DNA of 64,000 nt, taken from the NCBI GenBank assembly GCA_944392445.1, contig CALXWT010000002.1:9367-73366 (forward strand). The letters are read 5' to 3'. The notes under the pieces were generated by a model. It had not been told where the DNA came from. It saw nothing but the letters and a program-made list of their open reading frames with translations, and did no database searches. The DNA is from an uncultured Clostridia bacterium (lineage in GTDB: Bacteria; Bacillota; Clostridia; TANB77; CAG-508). The translations under genes were made by a program, and so were the position numbers. Below are positions 19,565 to 29,112 of the stretch, one piece after another. The number at the start of each line of letters is the position of its first letter. Positions within the stretch are counted from its first letter, which is position 1.

Positions 19565-21418
19565 ATGTGTGGTATTGTAGGATACGTTGGTAGCAAAAAA
19601 GCTACACCTATATTAATTGATGGTCTTTTATGTTTGGAGTACAGAGGTTATGACTCTGCCGGAATTGCAACTATAGAAAAAGATGTAATTAAGGTTATGA
19701 AGGATAAAGGTAGAGTAAATAACTTGTATAATTTGGATGGAATAAATGATTTAGAAGGAACTGTAGGTATTGCGCATACTAGATGGGCAACACACGGTAA
19801 ACCATCTAAAGAAAATTCTCATCCTCACTTGGACAATAGCAATACATTTGCAGTTGTTCATAATGGTATTATCGAAAATTATTCTGAACTAAAAGATTTT
19901 TTAAGTTTAAAAAGATATAATTTTATTTCTCAAACAGATACAGAGGTTATTCCTAATTTAATACATTATCATTATACAAACGGACCTGAATCTGTAATTG
20001 AGGATAATTATGAAAGATTTTTAACTGCTGTAAAGTCTGCCGTACAAGATTTAAAAGGAAGCTATGCAGTTGAGGTTATTTCCCCTCTATGCCCTGATGA
20101 GGTTATTGTTGTTAGAAAAGATAGCCCACTTGTTATAGGAAAGGGCACAGATGGAAATTATATAGCATCAGATATTCCTGCTATATTAAAGTACACCAAA
20201 GATTTTTATTTATTAGATGATAATGAATTTGCAGTAGTTACAGCTGATAAAGTTAAATTTTATGATAATAGTTTAACAGAGCATAACAAAGCTATTAAAA
20301 ATATTGAATGGGATGCAAATGCAGCTGGAAAAGATGGATATGAAGATTATATGCTTAAAGAAATTTTTGAACAACCAACAGCTATACGAGAAACAATCGG
20401 TTCAAGATTTCGTTTAGGCGAAAAATGTTCTTTTGATGATATAGAAATTTCTAAAGAATATTTAAGTAAAGTAAATAAAATATACATTGTTGCTTGTGGT
20501 ACAGCAATGCATGCTGGATTAACAGGTAAAACCTTAATAGAAAAACTTTGCAAAATTCCTACTGTTGTAGATATTGCATCAGAATTTAGGTACAGAGACC
20601 CACTTATTGATGAAAATACACTATGTATATATATAAGTCAATCTGGTGAAACTGCTGATACTATTGCTGCTTTAAAGCTTGCTAAGTCTAAAGGTGCTAA
20701 AACACTTGCAATCTCTAATGTTATAGGAAGTTCAATTACAAGAGAAGCTGATTATTCTATATATACTCATGCAGGTCCAGAAATTGCCGTTGCTTCTACC
20801 AAAGCATATACCTCACAAGTTGTACTAATTGCAATTCTTGCAATGTATTTTGCAGAAATATTAGGAACATGTGATGAAGCTTGCATAGAAGAGTTAAAGG
20901 CTGATTTAATAGACTTACCTTCTAAGGTAGAACAAATATTGGATAACACAGATGTAATTAAAACTTTTGCAAATAAAGTATATACAGAAAAAGATATGTT
21001 CTTTTTAGGTAGAGGTACAGATTATAATGTTGCTCTAGAGGGCTCTTTAAAATTAAAAGAGATAACATATATTCACTCTGAAGCAAATGCAGCTGGAGAA
21101 TTAAAACATGGTCCTATTGCACTTATAGAAAATGGTGTAACAGTTATAGGAATTATTACTGACGAGAAATTAGTTGAAAAATCTATTAGTAATATTCAAG
21201 AAGTTGTTACAAGAGGAGCTAAAACTTTAATTATTACAAATCAAATATTACCTAACAGCCATTTTGATTATGTAATAAATATTCCAAAGACTCCCCCTCT
21301 AATTTCGCCAATACTTTCTGTTGTTCCAATGCAACTTTTGTCTTACTATATTGCTAAGGCTAAGGGATTAGATGTAGATAAGCCACGTAACCTTGCTAAA
21401 TCGGTTACAGTAGAGTAG
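19565..21418 (+). CDS. glmS: Glutamine--fructose-6-phosphate aminotransferase (isomerizing)
   Basis: MCGIVGYVG... is the Ntn amidotransferase start. Two SIS domains follow, and the protein ends ...VTVE. Confidence 0.95.
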   Translation: MCGIVGYVGSKKATPILIDGLLCLEYRGYDSAGIATIEKDVIKVMKDKGRVNNLYNLDGINDLEGTVGIAHTRWATHGKPSKENSHPHLDNSNTFAVVHNGIIENYSELKDFLSLKRYNFISQTDTEVIPNLIHYHYTNGPESVIEDNYERFLTAVKSAVQDLKGSYAVEVISPLCPDEVIVVRKDSPLVIGKGTDGNYIASDIPAILKYTKDFYLLDDNEFAVVTADKVKFYDNSLTEHNKAIKNIEWDANAAGKDGYEDYMLKEIFEQPTAIRETIGSRFRLGEKCSFDDIEISKEYLSKVNKIYIVACGTAMHAGLTGKTLIEKLCKIPTVVDIASEFRYRDPLIDENTLCIYISQSGETADTIAALKLAKSKGAKTLAISNVIGSSITREADYSIYTHAGPEIAVASTKAYTSQVVLIAILAMYFAEILGTCDEACIEELKADLIDLPSKVEQILDNTDVIKTFANKVYTEKDMFFLGRGTDYNVALEGSLKLKEITYIHSEANAAGELKHGPIALIENGVTVIGIITDEKLVEKSISNIQEVVTRGAKTLIITNQILPNSHFDYVINIPKTPPLISPILSVVPMQLLSYYIAKAKGLDVDKPRNLAKSVTVE

Positions 21419-21552
21419 TTTGTATTAATTGATGTTACAATAAAAATTTGAGTATAATTTTAAAAGAGGTTGATTAAAATATGCTTGAACAAAAGCACGA
21501 ACATCAGCCTCTTATCTTTGTTAAGTTTTTATATTTGTAATTATGTATATTT

Positions 21553-21849
21553 TTATGATTTATATAATAAAAATTTAATTTGATTTACCCGTAAAATTAT
21601 TTTTAAAATTATAAGTAGTAGTGCCCCTGGTAACCCCAGTAATCCTACAAGGACAGATGTTAATATATTTAGTCCAATATGGAACCCAAAATTTGCACCA
21701 ATTAAATTTATAATAAATATACACACGCCACCAAGAACGGAATTAAATACCAATTTCAAAATGTTTTTTAGTGGCCATATAAAAATTCTCCCTAAAACAA
21801 ATAAAACAATTATACAAGTTAAAAAAGTTATAATAATATTAAAATCCAA
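21553..21849 (-). CDS. bofA: Pro-sigma-K processing inhibitor BofA-like membrane protein
   Basis: 98 aa with two transmembrane helices. ...NSVLGGVCIFIINLIGANFGFHIGLNILTSVLVGLLGLPGALLLIILK... is BofA-like. It follows a yaaL-like gene, as in Bacillus. Confidence 0.65.
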   Translation of the reverse strand: MDFNIIITFLTCIIVLFVLGRIFIWPLKNILKLVFNSVLGGVCIFIINLIGANFGFHIGLNILTSVLVGLLGLPGALLLIILKIILRVNQIKFLLYKS

Positions 21850-21899
21850 AGATAACCACCTCTTTATTCATTTCTATGATTAAATTTGGACAAATATTA

Positions 21900-22181
21900 C
21901 TATGCCTTATTCTTTCTTATATAAATTTCATTTATCATATCTAAAACTATGCCCTTCTTTTGCGCTTTTTTCATTAGATAATCTAATTTTGTTTGATTTG
22001 CTTTTATTTGATACGAATAGTAATCTATTAGCCCCTCTTCTGCAAATTCAAAATTCTTTTGAGCTGAATCCAATTCATTTTTAGTTTTTATTATACTTAC
22101 AATAAGCTCTAAATTTTTCTCATCTTCTGACTTGTCCTCAATTTTATTTTCTCTAACATATTCTTGATATGACATAAGCAT
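21900..22181 (-). CDS. YaaL-like protein (DUF2508)
   Basis: 93-aa acidic protein upstream of bofA. The conserved yaaL-bofA pairing is established knowledge. Confidence 0.5.
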   Translation of the reverse strand: MLMSYQEYVRENKIEDKSEDEKNLELIVSIIKTKNELDSAQKNFEFAEEGLIDYYSYQIKANQTKLDYLMKKAQKKGIVLDMINEIYIRKNKA

Positions 22182-22245
22182 CCTCCTATTTTCATAAACT
22201 AATTATTACCATTATATGCAGTTACTGTAAAATTATTCGTTATAA

Positions 22246-22305
22246 ATTAAGTGTGTTATGTGTGTTAAATAAGCTAAAATTTTACACACATAATACACTT
22301 AATTT
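22246..22305. repeat. 18-bp inverted repeat (taagtgtgttatgtgtgt ... acacacataatacactta) in the divergent yaaL/serS intergenic region
   Basis: Read directly. One mismatch, 18-bp spacer. It is a candidate operator or bidirectional hairpin. Confidence 0.5.
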
Positions 22306-22485
22306 AGCAATAATTTTAAGCCTTATGCCAATTTTTCTTGATTTTTCCATAAAAAAATGATACTATACTTACATATATGTTTACAGTTTAAGATAAATAA
22401 AATAATATTAAACTTGTTATAAAGGTGATATTATATAATAATAAAATTATTTAAAAGCATACAAATGCTTTAGTTGGAGGTTTAT

Positions 22486-23772
22486 ATGATAGACATTAAA
22501 TTTTTAAGAGAGAATCCAGATGCAGTTAAAGAAAACATCAAGAAAAAATTTCAAAACCATAAACTAGTTTTAGTTGATGAAGTTTTAGAGCTTGACAAGA
22601 AAAACAGAGATGCAAAACTTGCAGGCGATGATTTACGTATGAAAAGGAATTCTTTAAGTTCTGAAATAGGTAACCTAATGAAAAATGGAAAAAAAGATGA
22701 AGCCGAAAAAATAAAAGCCGAAGTTCAAGAAATAAATAAAAAACTTGAAGAAAATGAAAAATTAGAGGTTGAATATTCTAGCCAAATAACTGAAAGAATG
22801 ATGAAAATTCCAAATATGATTCACGAGTCTGTTCCTATTGGCGAAGATGATAGCAAAAATGTAGAAATAGAAAAGTTTGGAGAGCCAGTAGTTCCAGATT
22901 ATGAAATTCCATATCATGCAGACATAATGGAAAGTTTTAATGGTTTAGACTTAGACTCTGCACGTAGAGTTGCAGGAAATGGATTTTACTATTTAATGGG
23001 AGATATTGCAAGACTTCATTCTGCAATTTTGTCTTATGCAAGAGACTTTATGATAAATAAAGGCTTTACTTATTGTGTGCCACCTTTTATGATTCGTAGT
23101 GACGTTGTTACTGGTGTTATGAGTTTTGAAGAGATGGACGCAATGATGTATAAAATAGAGGGTGAAGACTTATATTTAATTGGAACTAGTGAGCATTCTA
23201 TGATAGGAAAATTTAAAGGACAAATTCTAAAAAAAGAAGATATGCCATATACTATGACTTCTTATTCTCCATGTTTTAGAAAAGAAAAAGGAGCTCATGG
23301 TATAGAAGAACGTGGTGTTTACCGTATACATCAATTTGAAAAACAAGAAATGATAGTTGTTTGTGAACCAGAAGATAGCTGGAAATGGTATGACAAATTA
23401 TGGTCATATACAGTAGAACTATTTAGAAGTATGGATATACCTGTTAGAACACTTGAATGTTGCAGTGGTGACCTAGCAGATTTAAAAGCTAAAAGCTGTG
23501 ATGTTGAAGCTTGGAGCCCAAGACAAAAGAAATATTTCGAAGTTGGTAGTTGCTCTAACCTAACAGATGCACAAGCAAGACGTTTAGGAATAAGAATTAA
23601 AGGCGAAAAAGGAAACTACTATGCACATACTTTAAACAATACTGTAGTTGCTCCACCACGTATGTTAATTGCTTTCTTAGAGAACAACTATAATGAAGAT
23701 GGTAGTGTAAATATACCAGAAGTACTTCGTCCATATATGGGTGGAACAGAAAAATTAGTACCAAAGAAATAG
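22486..23772 (+). CDS. serS: Serine--tRNA ligase; start set at the ATG after GGAGG
   Basis: MIDIKFLRENPDAVKENIKKK... is the SerS N-terminal coiled coil. The class II core follows. The track ORF began at an upstream TTG. Confidence 0.9.
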   Translation: MIDIKFLRENPDAVKENIKKKFQNHKLVLVDEVLELDKKNRDAKLAGDDLRMKRNSLSSEIGNLMKNGKKDEAEKIKAEVQEINKKLEENEKLEVEYSSQITERMMKIPNMIHESVPIGEDDSKNVEIEKFGEPVVPDYEIPYHADIMESFNGLDLDSARRVAGNGFYYLMGDIARLHSAILSYARDFMINKGFTYCVPPFMIRSDVVTGVMSFEEMDAMMYKIEGEDLYLIGTSEHSMIGKFKGQILKKEDMPYTMTSYSPCFRKEKGAHGIEERGVYRIHQFEKQEMIVVCEPEDSWKWYDKLWSYTVELFRSMDIPVRTLECCSGDLADLKAKSCDVEAWSPRQKKYFEVGSCSNLTDAQARRLGIRIKGEKGNYYAHTLNNTVVAPPRMLIAFLENNYNEDGSVNIPEVLRPYMGGTEKLVPKK

Positions 23773-23775
23773 CAG

Positions 23776-23905
23776 AGTGCGTGGACAAGAGGGACTACTG
23801 CCTTTTTGTCCACACTTTTGCTTAATTTTTCTTTATAATAATAAAATATTTATTACTTCATAAGTTTGTGGACAAAAAGGCAGTAGTCCCTCTTGTCCAC
23901 GCATT
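23776..23905. repeat. Paired-hairpin (REP/MITE-like) element, family 3: two GTGGACAAAAGG-loop-CCTTTTGTCCAC hairpins in inverted orientation flanking a roughly 50-bp AT-rich spacer
   Basis: gcgtggacaagagggactactgcctttttgtccacac ... gtggacaaaaaggcagtagtccctcttgtccacgc. The same architecture recurs at 27033-27145 and 43497-43600. Confidence 0.6.
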
Positions 23906-23930
23906 TCAAAAAAGTAAGGAGTTATTTTAG

Positions 23931-24512
23931 ATGATAATTAAAAATCCAGAATTTAAGATTTCTGCAGTTAGTCCTAAGCAATATCCAAATGATGGTTTAC
24001 CTCAAATTGTTTTAGTTGGTAAATCCAATGTAGGTAAATCTTCTTTTATAAACACTATGGTAAATAGGAAAAAACTTGCTAGAACAAGTAGTGAGCCTGG
24101 AAAAACTAGACAAATAAATTTTTATAGTATGGATAACAAGTTTTATTTTGTAGATTTACCCGGATATGGATATAGTAAGATGTCTAAAGAGGAGCAAGTT
24201 CGTGTTGGTAGCTTTATAGAGGAGTATTTAAGCAAATGTAAAAACATTGCTTTAATAGTATTTTTAATTGATATTAGGCATTCTCCAACAGAAAATGATA
24301 GGCTGATGTATAATTATGTTATAAATGCAAATAAGCCTTGCATAATTATAGCAAATAAGGCAGATAAAATTGCTGTAACTAAGGTGGATGCACAAGTTAA
24401 AGCTTTGCAAGATGAACTAAATCCACTAAAAGATTTTACCTTTTTACCATTTTCAGCAGAAAGACGCATTTACAGTGAGAAAGTTTGGAAAGAGATTGAA
24501 AAATTTATTTAG
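23931..24512 (+). CDS. engB: Ribosome biogenesis GTP-binding protein YihA/EngB (YsxC)
   Basis: G1 motif GKSNVGKSS, G3 DLPGYGY and G4 NKADK are present. Confidence 0.85.
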   Translation: MIIKNPEFKISAVSPKQYPNDGLPQIVLVGKSNVGKSSFINTMVNRKKLARTSSEPGKTRQINFYSMDNKFYFVDLPGYGYSKMSKEEQVRVGSFIEEYLSKCKNIALIVFLIDIRHSPTENDRLMYNYVINANKPCIIIANKADKIAVTKVDAQVKALQDELNPLKDFTFLPFSAERRIYSEKVWKEIEKFI

Positions 24513-24520
24513 TTCTTGTA

Positions 24521-24550
24521 CAATTTGTGCGATGTTGGGGGTCGAAAAGA
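24521..24550. repeat. Fragment of the family-2 core (tgtacaatttgtgcgatgttggggg)
   Basis: Matches gtttgtacagtctgtgcgatgttggggg of the 42113-42245 copy. Confidence 0.35.
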
Positions 24551-24600
24551 AAAATTTTAAGCCTACTTTACTTGTCTAGTATATTTTTTATGTAAATCCA

Positions 24601-24629
24601 TTGACTTTACCAACTTTTTGTACTATAAT
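24601..24629 (+). promoter_or_regulatory. Perfect consensus sigma-A promoter TTGACT-17-TATAAT
   Basis: Read directly. It lies 55 nt upstream of the GC-rich small ORF. Confidence 0.55.
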
Positions 24630-24683
24630 ATATGTTATCAGGTTTAATTACTTGAAATAAATTTTCGAAAGGAGCCATATATA

Positions 24684-24941
24684 ATGGCAACAAAAAACGT
24701 AACCCGGAAGATTTTGATCTTCGTCCTGCCCAGTGATGAGGCTGGAAAATCCTTCAAGGACTATGCTTTCGAGCATGTCCACACCAACCTCGTTCAGTTC
24801 ACTGTTGCGAACAGCAAAGTGGACCGTAAAAGGGTCCTGGTTCGTGGTACTGGGTCCTTCATGTTCGATACGAACATGAAGGAAGAGCTGGTGAGTTATG
24901 CTCATCAGCTCGGTGGATATCTTGCAAAAGAAATCCACTAA
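24684..24941 (+). CDS. Small hypothetical protein (85 aa) encoded by an anomalously GC-rich (about 50%) gene
   Basis: RBS AAAGGAG precedes the ATG. A strong terminator follows immediately. GC content is far above the window's roughly 28%. The overlapping minus-strand ORF 24648..24938 is judged spurious. Confidence 0.6.
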   Translation: MATKNVTRKILIFVLPSDEAGKSFKDYAFEHVHTNLVQFTVANSKVDRKRVLVRGTGSFMFDTNMKEELVSYAHQLGGYLAKEIH

Positions 24942-24971
24942 GCCTAAACACGTTTAGTTCCTTTCAAACTA

Positions 24972-25003
24972 CCGGGAGTCCATTGGACTCCCGGTTTCTT
25001 TTA
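24972..25003 (+). terminator. Rho-independent terminator (ccgggagtcc-attg-gactcccgg + TTTCTTTT)
   Basis: Perfect 10-bp GC-rich stem followed by a T tract. Confidence 0.65.
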
Positions 25004-25079
25004 ATTTAATTATTTTTTCTTATATATTTTTATAATTTACATAACACTTTTCTAATGTGCTTTTGTAACATGTACTTAT

Positions 25080-25280
25080 TTAATTTTCAGCATCTTTCTC
25101 TTCTTTTTCCACTTTTCTTACTATCATCTTAAGTGCTTTCGGTCTTTCCAACATTATTGTATGTCCACAACCAAGGCACTTTAATTTAAAGTCTACACCT
25201 ACCCTAGTAATTTCCCATAACTTACTTCCACAAGGATGTTGCTTTTTAGTTCTTACTACATCTCCTACATTGTATTCCAT
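25080..25280 (-). CDS. DUF951-like small zinc-ribbon protein
   Basis: 66 aa with Cys-x-x-Cys-like spacing (HPCGSKLWEI...CLGCGH). Confidence 0.5.
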   Translation of the reverse strand: MEYNVGDVVRTKKQHPCGSKLWEITRVGVDFKLKCLGCGHTIMLERPKALKMIVRKVEKEEKDAEN

Positions 25281-25366
25281 TACCAGTCCTCCATTTACCT
25301 CTTTATTAAAAATATGTATGTTTACTTATTAAAAATAAACATACATACTAATTTTATTAAGTCCTA

Positions 25367-27016
25367 TTATCTCATTGCTTTTTCTAAACGTTTTGTCACA
25401 CTATCTTTGCCTATTACTTGCATTATTTCGTACATATCTGGAGTATTTGTTCTTCCTGTTAAAGCTACTCTTAATACTGTACTTACATCTCCAACATGTG
25501 CTTTGTATGCATCTGGGTTTGCTTTATATTCCTTTACCTCTTTTGCATAGCCTAGTTCTCCTGCTAATTCCTTTATTCTGTCAAACCATGCTTGCTTATC
25601 GTCATTTTCATTATAATATTTGTCTATGTACAATTTTAAAATTTTATTTATATCTTCTTTATCATTTATTACTTGGTATGGATATTCCATATCTTTATTA
25701 AAGAAAATATTATCATACATATACTCTATATTATACTTCACATCTGACCATTTTGATATGTCTTTTCTAGGCTTTTTATTTCCTCTTTCTATTCCAAATA
25801 CTTTTAGAGCATAATCTTTATCTTCCAAAATTTTCTCTAATTCTTCATCATATTCTTGTGCCCATTTAAATGAGTTTTCGTATACTTCTTCAGCTGTCAT
25901 TCTAGATATTACTGTTTTTCCTATATCTAGTAATTTAACCATATCAAATAAAGCACCACTTACACTCATTTTGTTTAATTGAAAATCAAATTCATCTAAA
26001 GACTTATCTGGATTTGCTCTTCTCCAATTTTCAAATGTAGAGTTTGCTATATTCAAAAGATATTCTTTCACAGCATCTACTGGTATTCCCTCTTCTTTGT
26101 AATAGGTTACTGCTGCTTCTGGGTCTTTTCTCTTACTTAATTTACGTTTATTTCCATTATCGTTTTTCATTATTGGTGAAATATGTGCATATTTAGGTGC
26201 TTTAAATCCTAACTCTTGGAATAATTGTAAATGTAAAGGAACAGATGATAGCCATTCATCACTACGTATTACAAGTGTTGTTCTCATTAAATGGTCATCT
26301 ACTGCATGAGCAAAATGATATGTTGGAAGGCCATCTGCTTTTATTATAACTATATCTTGGTCATTTTCTGGAAAATCTACATTTCCTTTTATTAAATCGT
26401 GATGTTTTATTTTTCTGTCTTCTCTACCTGGAGATTTAAAACGAATAATGTAATTTTCTCCATTTTTTATTTTTTCTGCTGCTTCTTCTACACTTAAGTT
26501 TCTACATTTTGCCCATACACCATAATATCCTGTCCTTACTTTGGCACTTTCTTGTTTTTTTCTTGTTTCTTCTAGCTCCTCTGTAGTACAAAAACATGGA
26601 TATGCTTTTCCTTGCTCTAACATATATTTTGCATAAGATTGGTATATTTCTTTTCTTAAAGATTGTTTATATGGTCCATAATTTCCCTTTTCTTCAGTTT
26701 CTGTAACCATTCCTTCATCTGGTAATATATCAAAATCTTTTAAGGAATTTACTATTCCTGTAACACCATTTTCTACTTCTCTTTTTTGGTCTGTATCTTC
26801 TACTCTTAAGAAAAATACACCGCCTGTTTTTTCAGTCATTTCTTTTGCAACTAAGGCTTGGTATAGTCCACCAATATGCACAAATCCTGTTGGGCTTGGT
26901 GCAAATCTAGACACAACTGCTCCCTCAGGCAAATTTCTTTCTGGATATTTTTCTTCGTAGTATGAAATGTCCTTTGCGTCTGGAAATATTAAATCTGCTA
27001 AGTCTTTATAATTCAT
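25367..27016 (-). CDS. gltX: Glutamate--tRNA ligase (long form); start moved to the ATG after AGAGGGAG
   Basis: HIGH motif ...FAPSPTGFVHIGG... and KMSKS-like KLSKR are present. The first 18 codons of the track ORF run through the family-3 hairpin and have no RBS. Confidence 0.9.
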   Translation of the reverse strand: MNYKDLADLIFPDAKDISYYEEKYPERNLPEGAVVSRFAPSPTGFVHIGGLYQALVAKEMTEKTGGVFFLRVEDTDQKREVENGVTGIVNSLKDFDILPDEGMVTETEEKGNYGPYKQSLRKEIYQSYAKYMLEQGKAYPCFCTTEELEETRKKQESAKVRTGYYGVWAKCRNLSVEEAAEKIKNGENYIIRFKSPGREDRKIKHHDLIKGNVDFPENDQDIVIIKADGLPTYHFAHAVDDHLMRTTLVIRSDEWLSSVPLHLQLFQELGFKAPKYAHISPIMKNDNGNKRKLSKRKDPEAAVTYYKEEGIPVDAVKEYLLNIANSTFENWRRANPDKSLDEFDFQLNKMSVSGALFDMVKLLDIGKTVISRMTAEEVYENSFKWAQEYDEELEKILEDKDYALKVFGIERGNKKPRKDISKWSDVKYNIEYMYDNIFFNKDMEYPYQVINDKEDINKILKLYIDKYYNENDDKQAWFDRIKELAGELGYAKEVKEYKANPDAYKAHVGDVSTVLRVALTGRTNTPDMYEIMQVIGKDSVTKRLEKAMR

Positions 27017-27032
27017 AAAATCTCCCTCTCTT

Positions 27033-27145
27033 TTAGTGTGGACAAAGGGACTACTGCCTTTTGTCCACACTTTCTAACTATAAAATTATTGATTACTTAC
27101 TTTAATCCGTGGACAAAAGGCAGTAGTCCCTTTTGTCCACACTAA
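27033..27145. repeat. Paired-hairpin element, family 3, copy 2
   Basis: agtgtggacaaagggactactgccttttgtccacact ... ccgtggacaaaaggcagtagtcccttttgtccacact. It lies between rnj and gltX. Confidence 0.6.
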
Positions 27146-29112
27146 ACTTCCATTATTATTGGAAGTATCATCGGATTACGTTTTGTTCTTTGGAATATAT
27201 AGTCTCTAAGGTCATCTTTTAATGTTGATTTTATTGTTGACCAATCTCTTACTCCCTCTTCTTCAAAAGTTCTTACTTCTTGTTTTATAACTCTTTTTAC
27301 GTCATCCATTAAAGTTTCAGATTCTCTAACATATACAAATCCTCTAGATACAACGTCTGGTCCTGACACGATTTCTCCTGTAGAACTATCCATTGTCATA
27401 ACTATTACTATTAATCCATCTTGTGATAAATGTTGTCTATCTCTTAATACTATGTTTCCAACATCTCCAACTCCTAAACCATCTACTAGTATTTTTCCTG
27501 ATGGAACTGAAGTTGTTATTTTAGCTTCTTTTTTGTTTAGTTCTAGTGTTTTTCCGTTTTCTAGTATAAATATATTTTCTGCTGGAATTCCCATTTCTTT
27601 GGCTGTTTCTGCATGTGCTCTTAGTTGTCTATATTCACCATGAACTGGCATAAAGTATTTTGGTTTTGCAAGTGAAATTATTAGTTTTTGCTCTTCTTGG
27701 CAAGCGTGTCCTGATACGTGAACATTTTCTAATGCACTATATATAACTTCTGCGCCAATTTGCATTAAGTCGTTTATTACATTTGATACCAATTTTTCGT
27801 TTCCTGGAATTGGAGTAGCAGAAATTATTACCATATCATTAGGAGTAATAACTACTTTTTTATGCTCTCCTGCTGCCATTCTTGTCAGTGCAGACATTGT
27901 TTCCCCTTGACTTCCTGTTGTTATTATTACTAATTGGTCATCTGTATAATTTTTTATCATATCTATGTCTATAAACATGTTCTCTGGTGCATCAATGTAA
28001 CCTATTTCTCTAGCAGTTTCAATCATGTTTATCATGCTTCTACCGCATACAGCTATTTTCCTACCATATTTTTCAGCAGAATTAACTATTTGTTGCACTC
28101 TGTGTACGTTCGAAGCAAAGGTTGCTACCACTATTCTTTTCTTATTATTTTGGAATAATCTATCAAACACATCTCCTATAGTTTTTTCTGACATAGTATA
28201 GCCTTTTCTTTCAGAGTTTGTACTATCTGACATTAGTGCTAATACTCCTTTGTTGCCAAGTTCAGCAATTCTTCCTAGGTCCATTATTTTGTCGTCTATT
28301 GGTGTAAAATCTACTTTAAAGTCTCCAGTGTGTAATACTACACCTACTGGTGTATGTATTGCAAGCATTACAGAGTCTGGTATACTATGGCTACTTCTAA
28401 TAAATTCTACTTTTATATTTCCAAAGTTTATAGTTTGTCCTTGTTCTACTGTAACTAGTTTTGTAGAAGCAAGTAATTTGTGCTCTTCTAGTTTGTTTTT
28501 TATTAGTCCTACTGTTAACCTAGTAGCATAAATTGGTATATTTATTTGCTTTAGCACATATGGAATTGCACCTATATGGTCTTCGTGTCCGTGTGTTACT
28601 ACTAAACCTTTTATTTTATCCTTATTTTTCTCTAAATATGTTACATCTGGTATTACTAAGTCTACACCTAACATATCATCTTCTGGGAATTCTAGTCCAC
28701 AGTCTACTAAAACTATTTCGTTTCCATATTCAAATACTGTTATATTTTTTCCTATTTCGTCTAATCCACCAAGTGGTATAATTTTTAAATTATCTTTTTT
28801 AAATTCAAATTTAGGTGTATTACCTCTTTTCTTTGATTCCATTCTTCTTGGTAGTTCTTCTCTTATTTCATTTGGGTTTTGTCTGTTTCCAACTTTCACT
28901 TCTTTTTCGCTAGGTTTGGTCTCATTTCTTAATTTTCTTTCATTATAGTTATTCTCGTTTCTTGTTTCCTTTCTAGTATGTCTATTTTCATTTTTTACTT
29001 CTTTTTTATTAGTTTGCCCTTCTTCTTTTTTACTATTTCTCCTAGGCATTCTTCTTTTTTTTGTTTCTGTTTTTACAAAAACTGTTTTCTCCATTGTATC
29101 ATTGTTCTCCAT
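27142..29112 (-). CDS. rnj: Ribonuclease J (beta-CASP metallo-beta-lactamase) with a roughly 100-aa basic N-terminal extension
   Basis: ...KIIPLGGLDEIGKNITVFEY... and the HGHEDHIGA motif identify the beta-CASP and C-terminal domains. The N-terminal K/R/E/N-rich region is low-complexity. Confidence 0.9.
   Translation of the reverse strand: MENNDTMEKTVFVKTETKKRRMPRRNSKKEEGQTNKKEVKNENRHTRKETRNENNYNERKLRNETKPSEKEVKVGNRQNPNEIREELPRRMESKKRGNTPKFEFKKDNLKIIPLGGLDEIGKNITVFEYGNEIVLVDCGLEFPEDDMLGVDLVIPDVTYLEKNKDKIKGLVVTHGHEDHIGAIPYVLKQINIPIYATRLTVGLIKNKLEEHKLLASTKLVTVEQGQTINFGNIKVEFIRSSHSIPDSVMLAIHTPVGVVLHTGDFKVDFTPIDDKIMDLGRIAELGNKGVLALMSDSTNSERKGYTMSEKTIGDVFDRLFQNNKKRIVVATFASNVHRVQQIVNSAEKYGRKIAVCGRSMINMIETAREIGYIDAPENMFIDIDMIKNYTDDQLVIITTGSQGETMSALTRMAAGEHKKVVITPNDMVIISATPIPGNEKLVSNVINDLMQIGAEVIYSALENVHVSGHACQEEQKLIISLAKPKYFMPVHGEYRQLRAHAETAKEMGIPAENIFILENGKTLELNKKEAKITTSVPSGKILVDGLGVGDVGNIVLRDRQHLSQDGLIVIVMTMDSSTGEIVSGPDVVSRGFVYVRESETLMDDVKRVIKQEVRTFEEEGVRDWSTIKSTLKDDLRDYIFQRTKRNPMILPIIMEV

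Noticed and set aside
24648-24938. 96-aa minus-strand ORF overlapping the GC-rich mini-gene
   Set aside because: The plus-strand ORF has RBS, promoter and terminator. The minus-strand frame is an antisense artefact of the GC-rich stretch.
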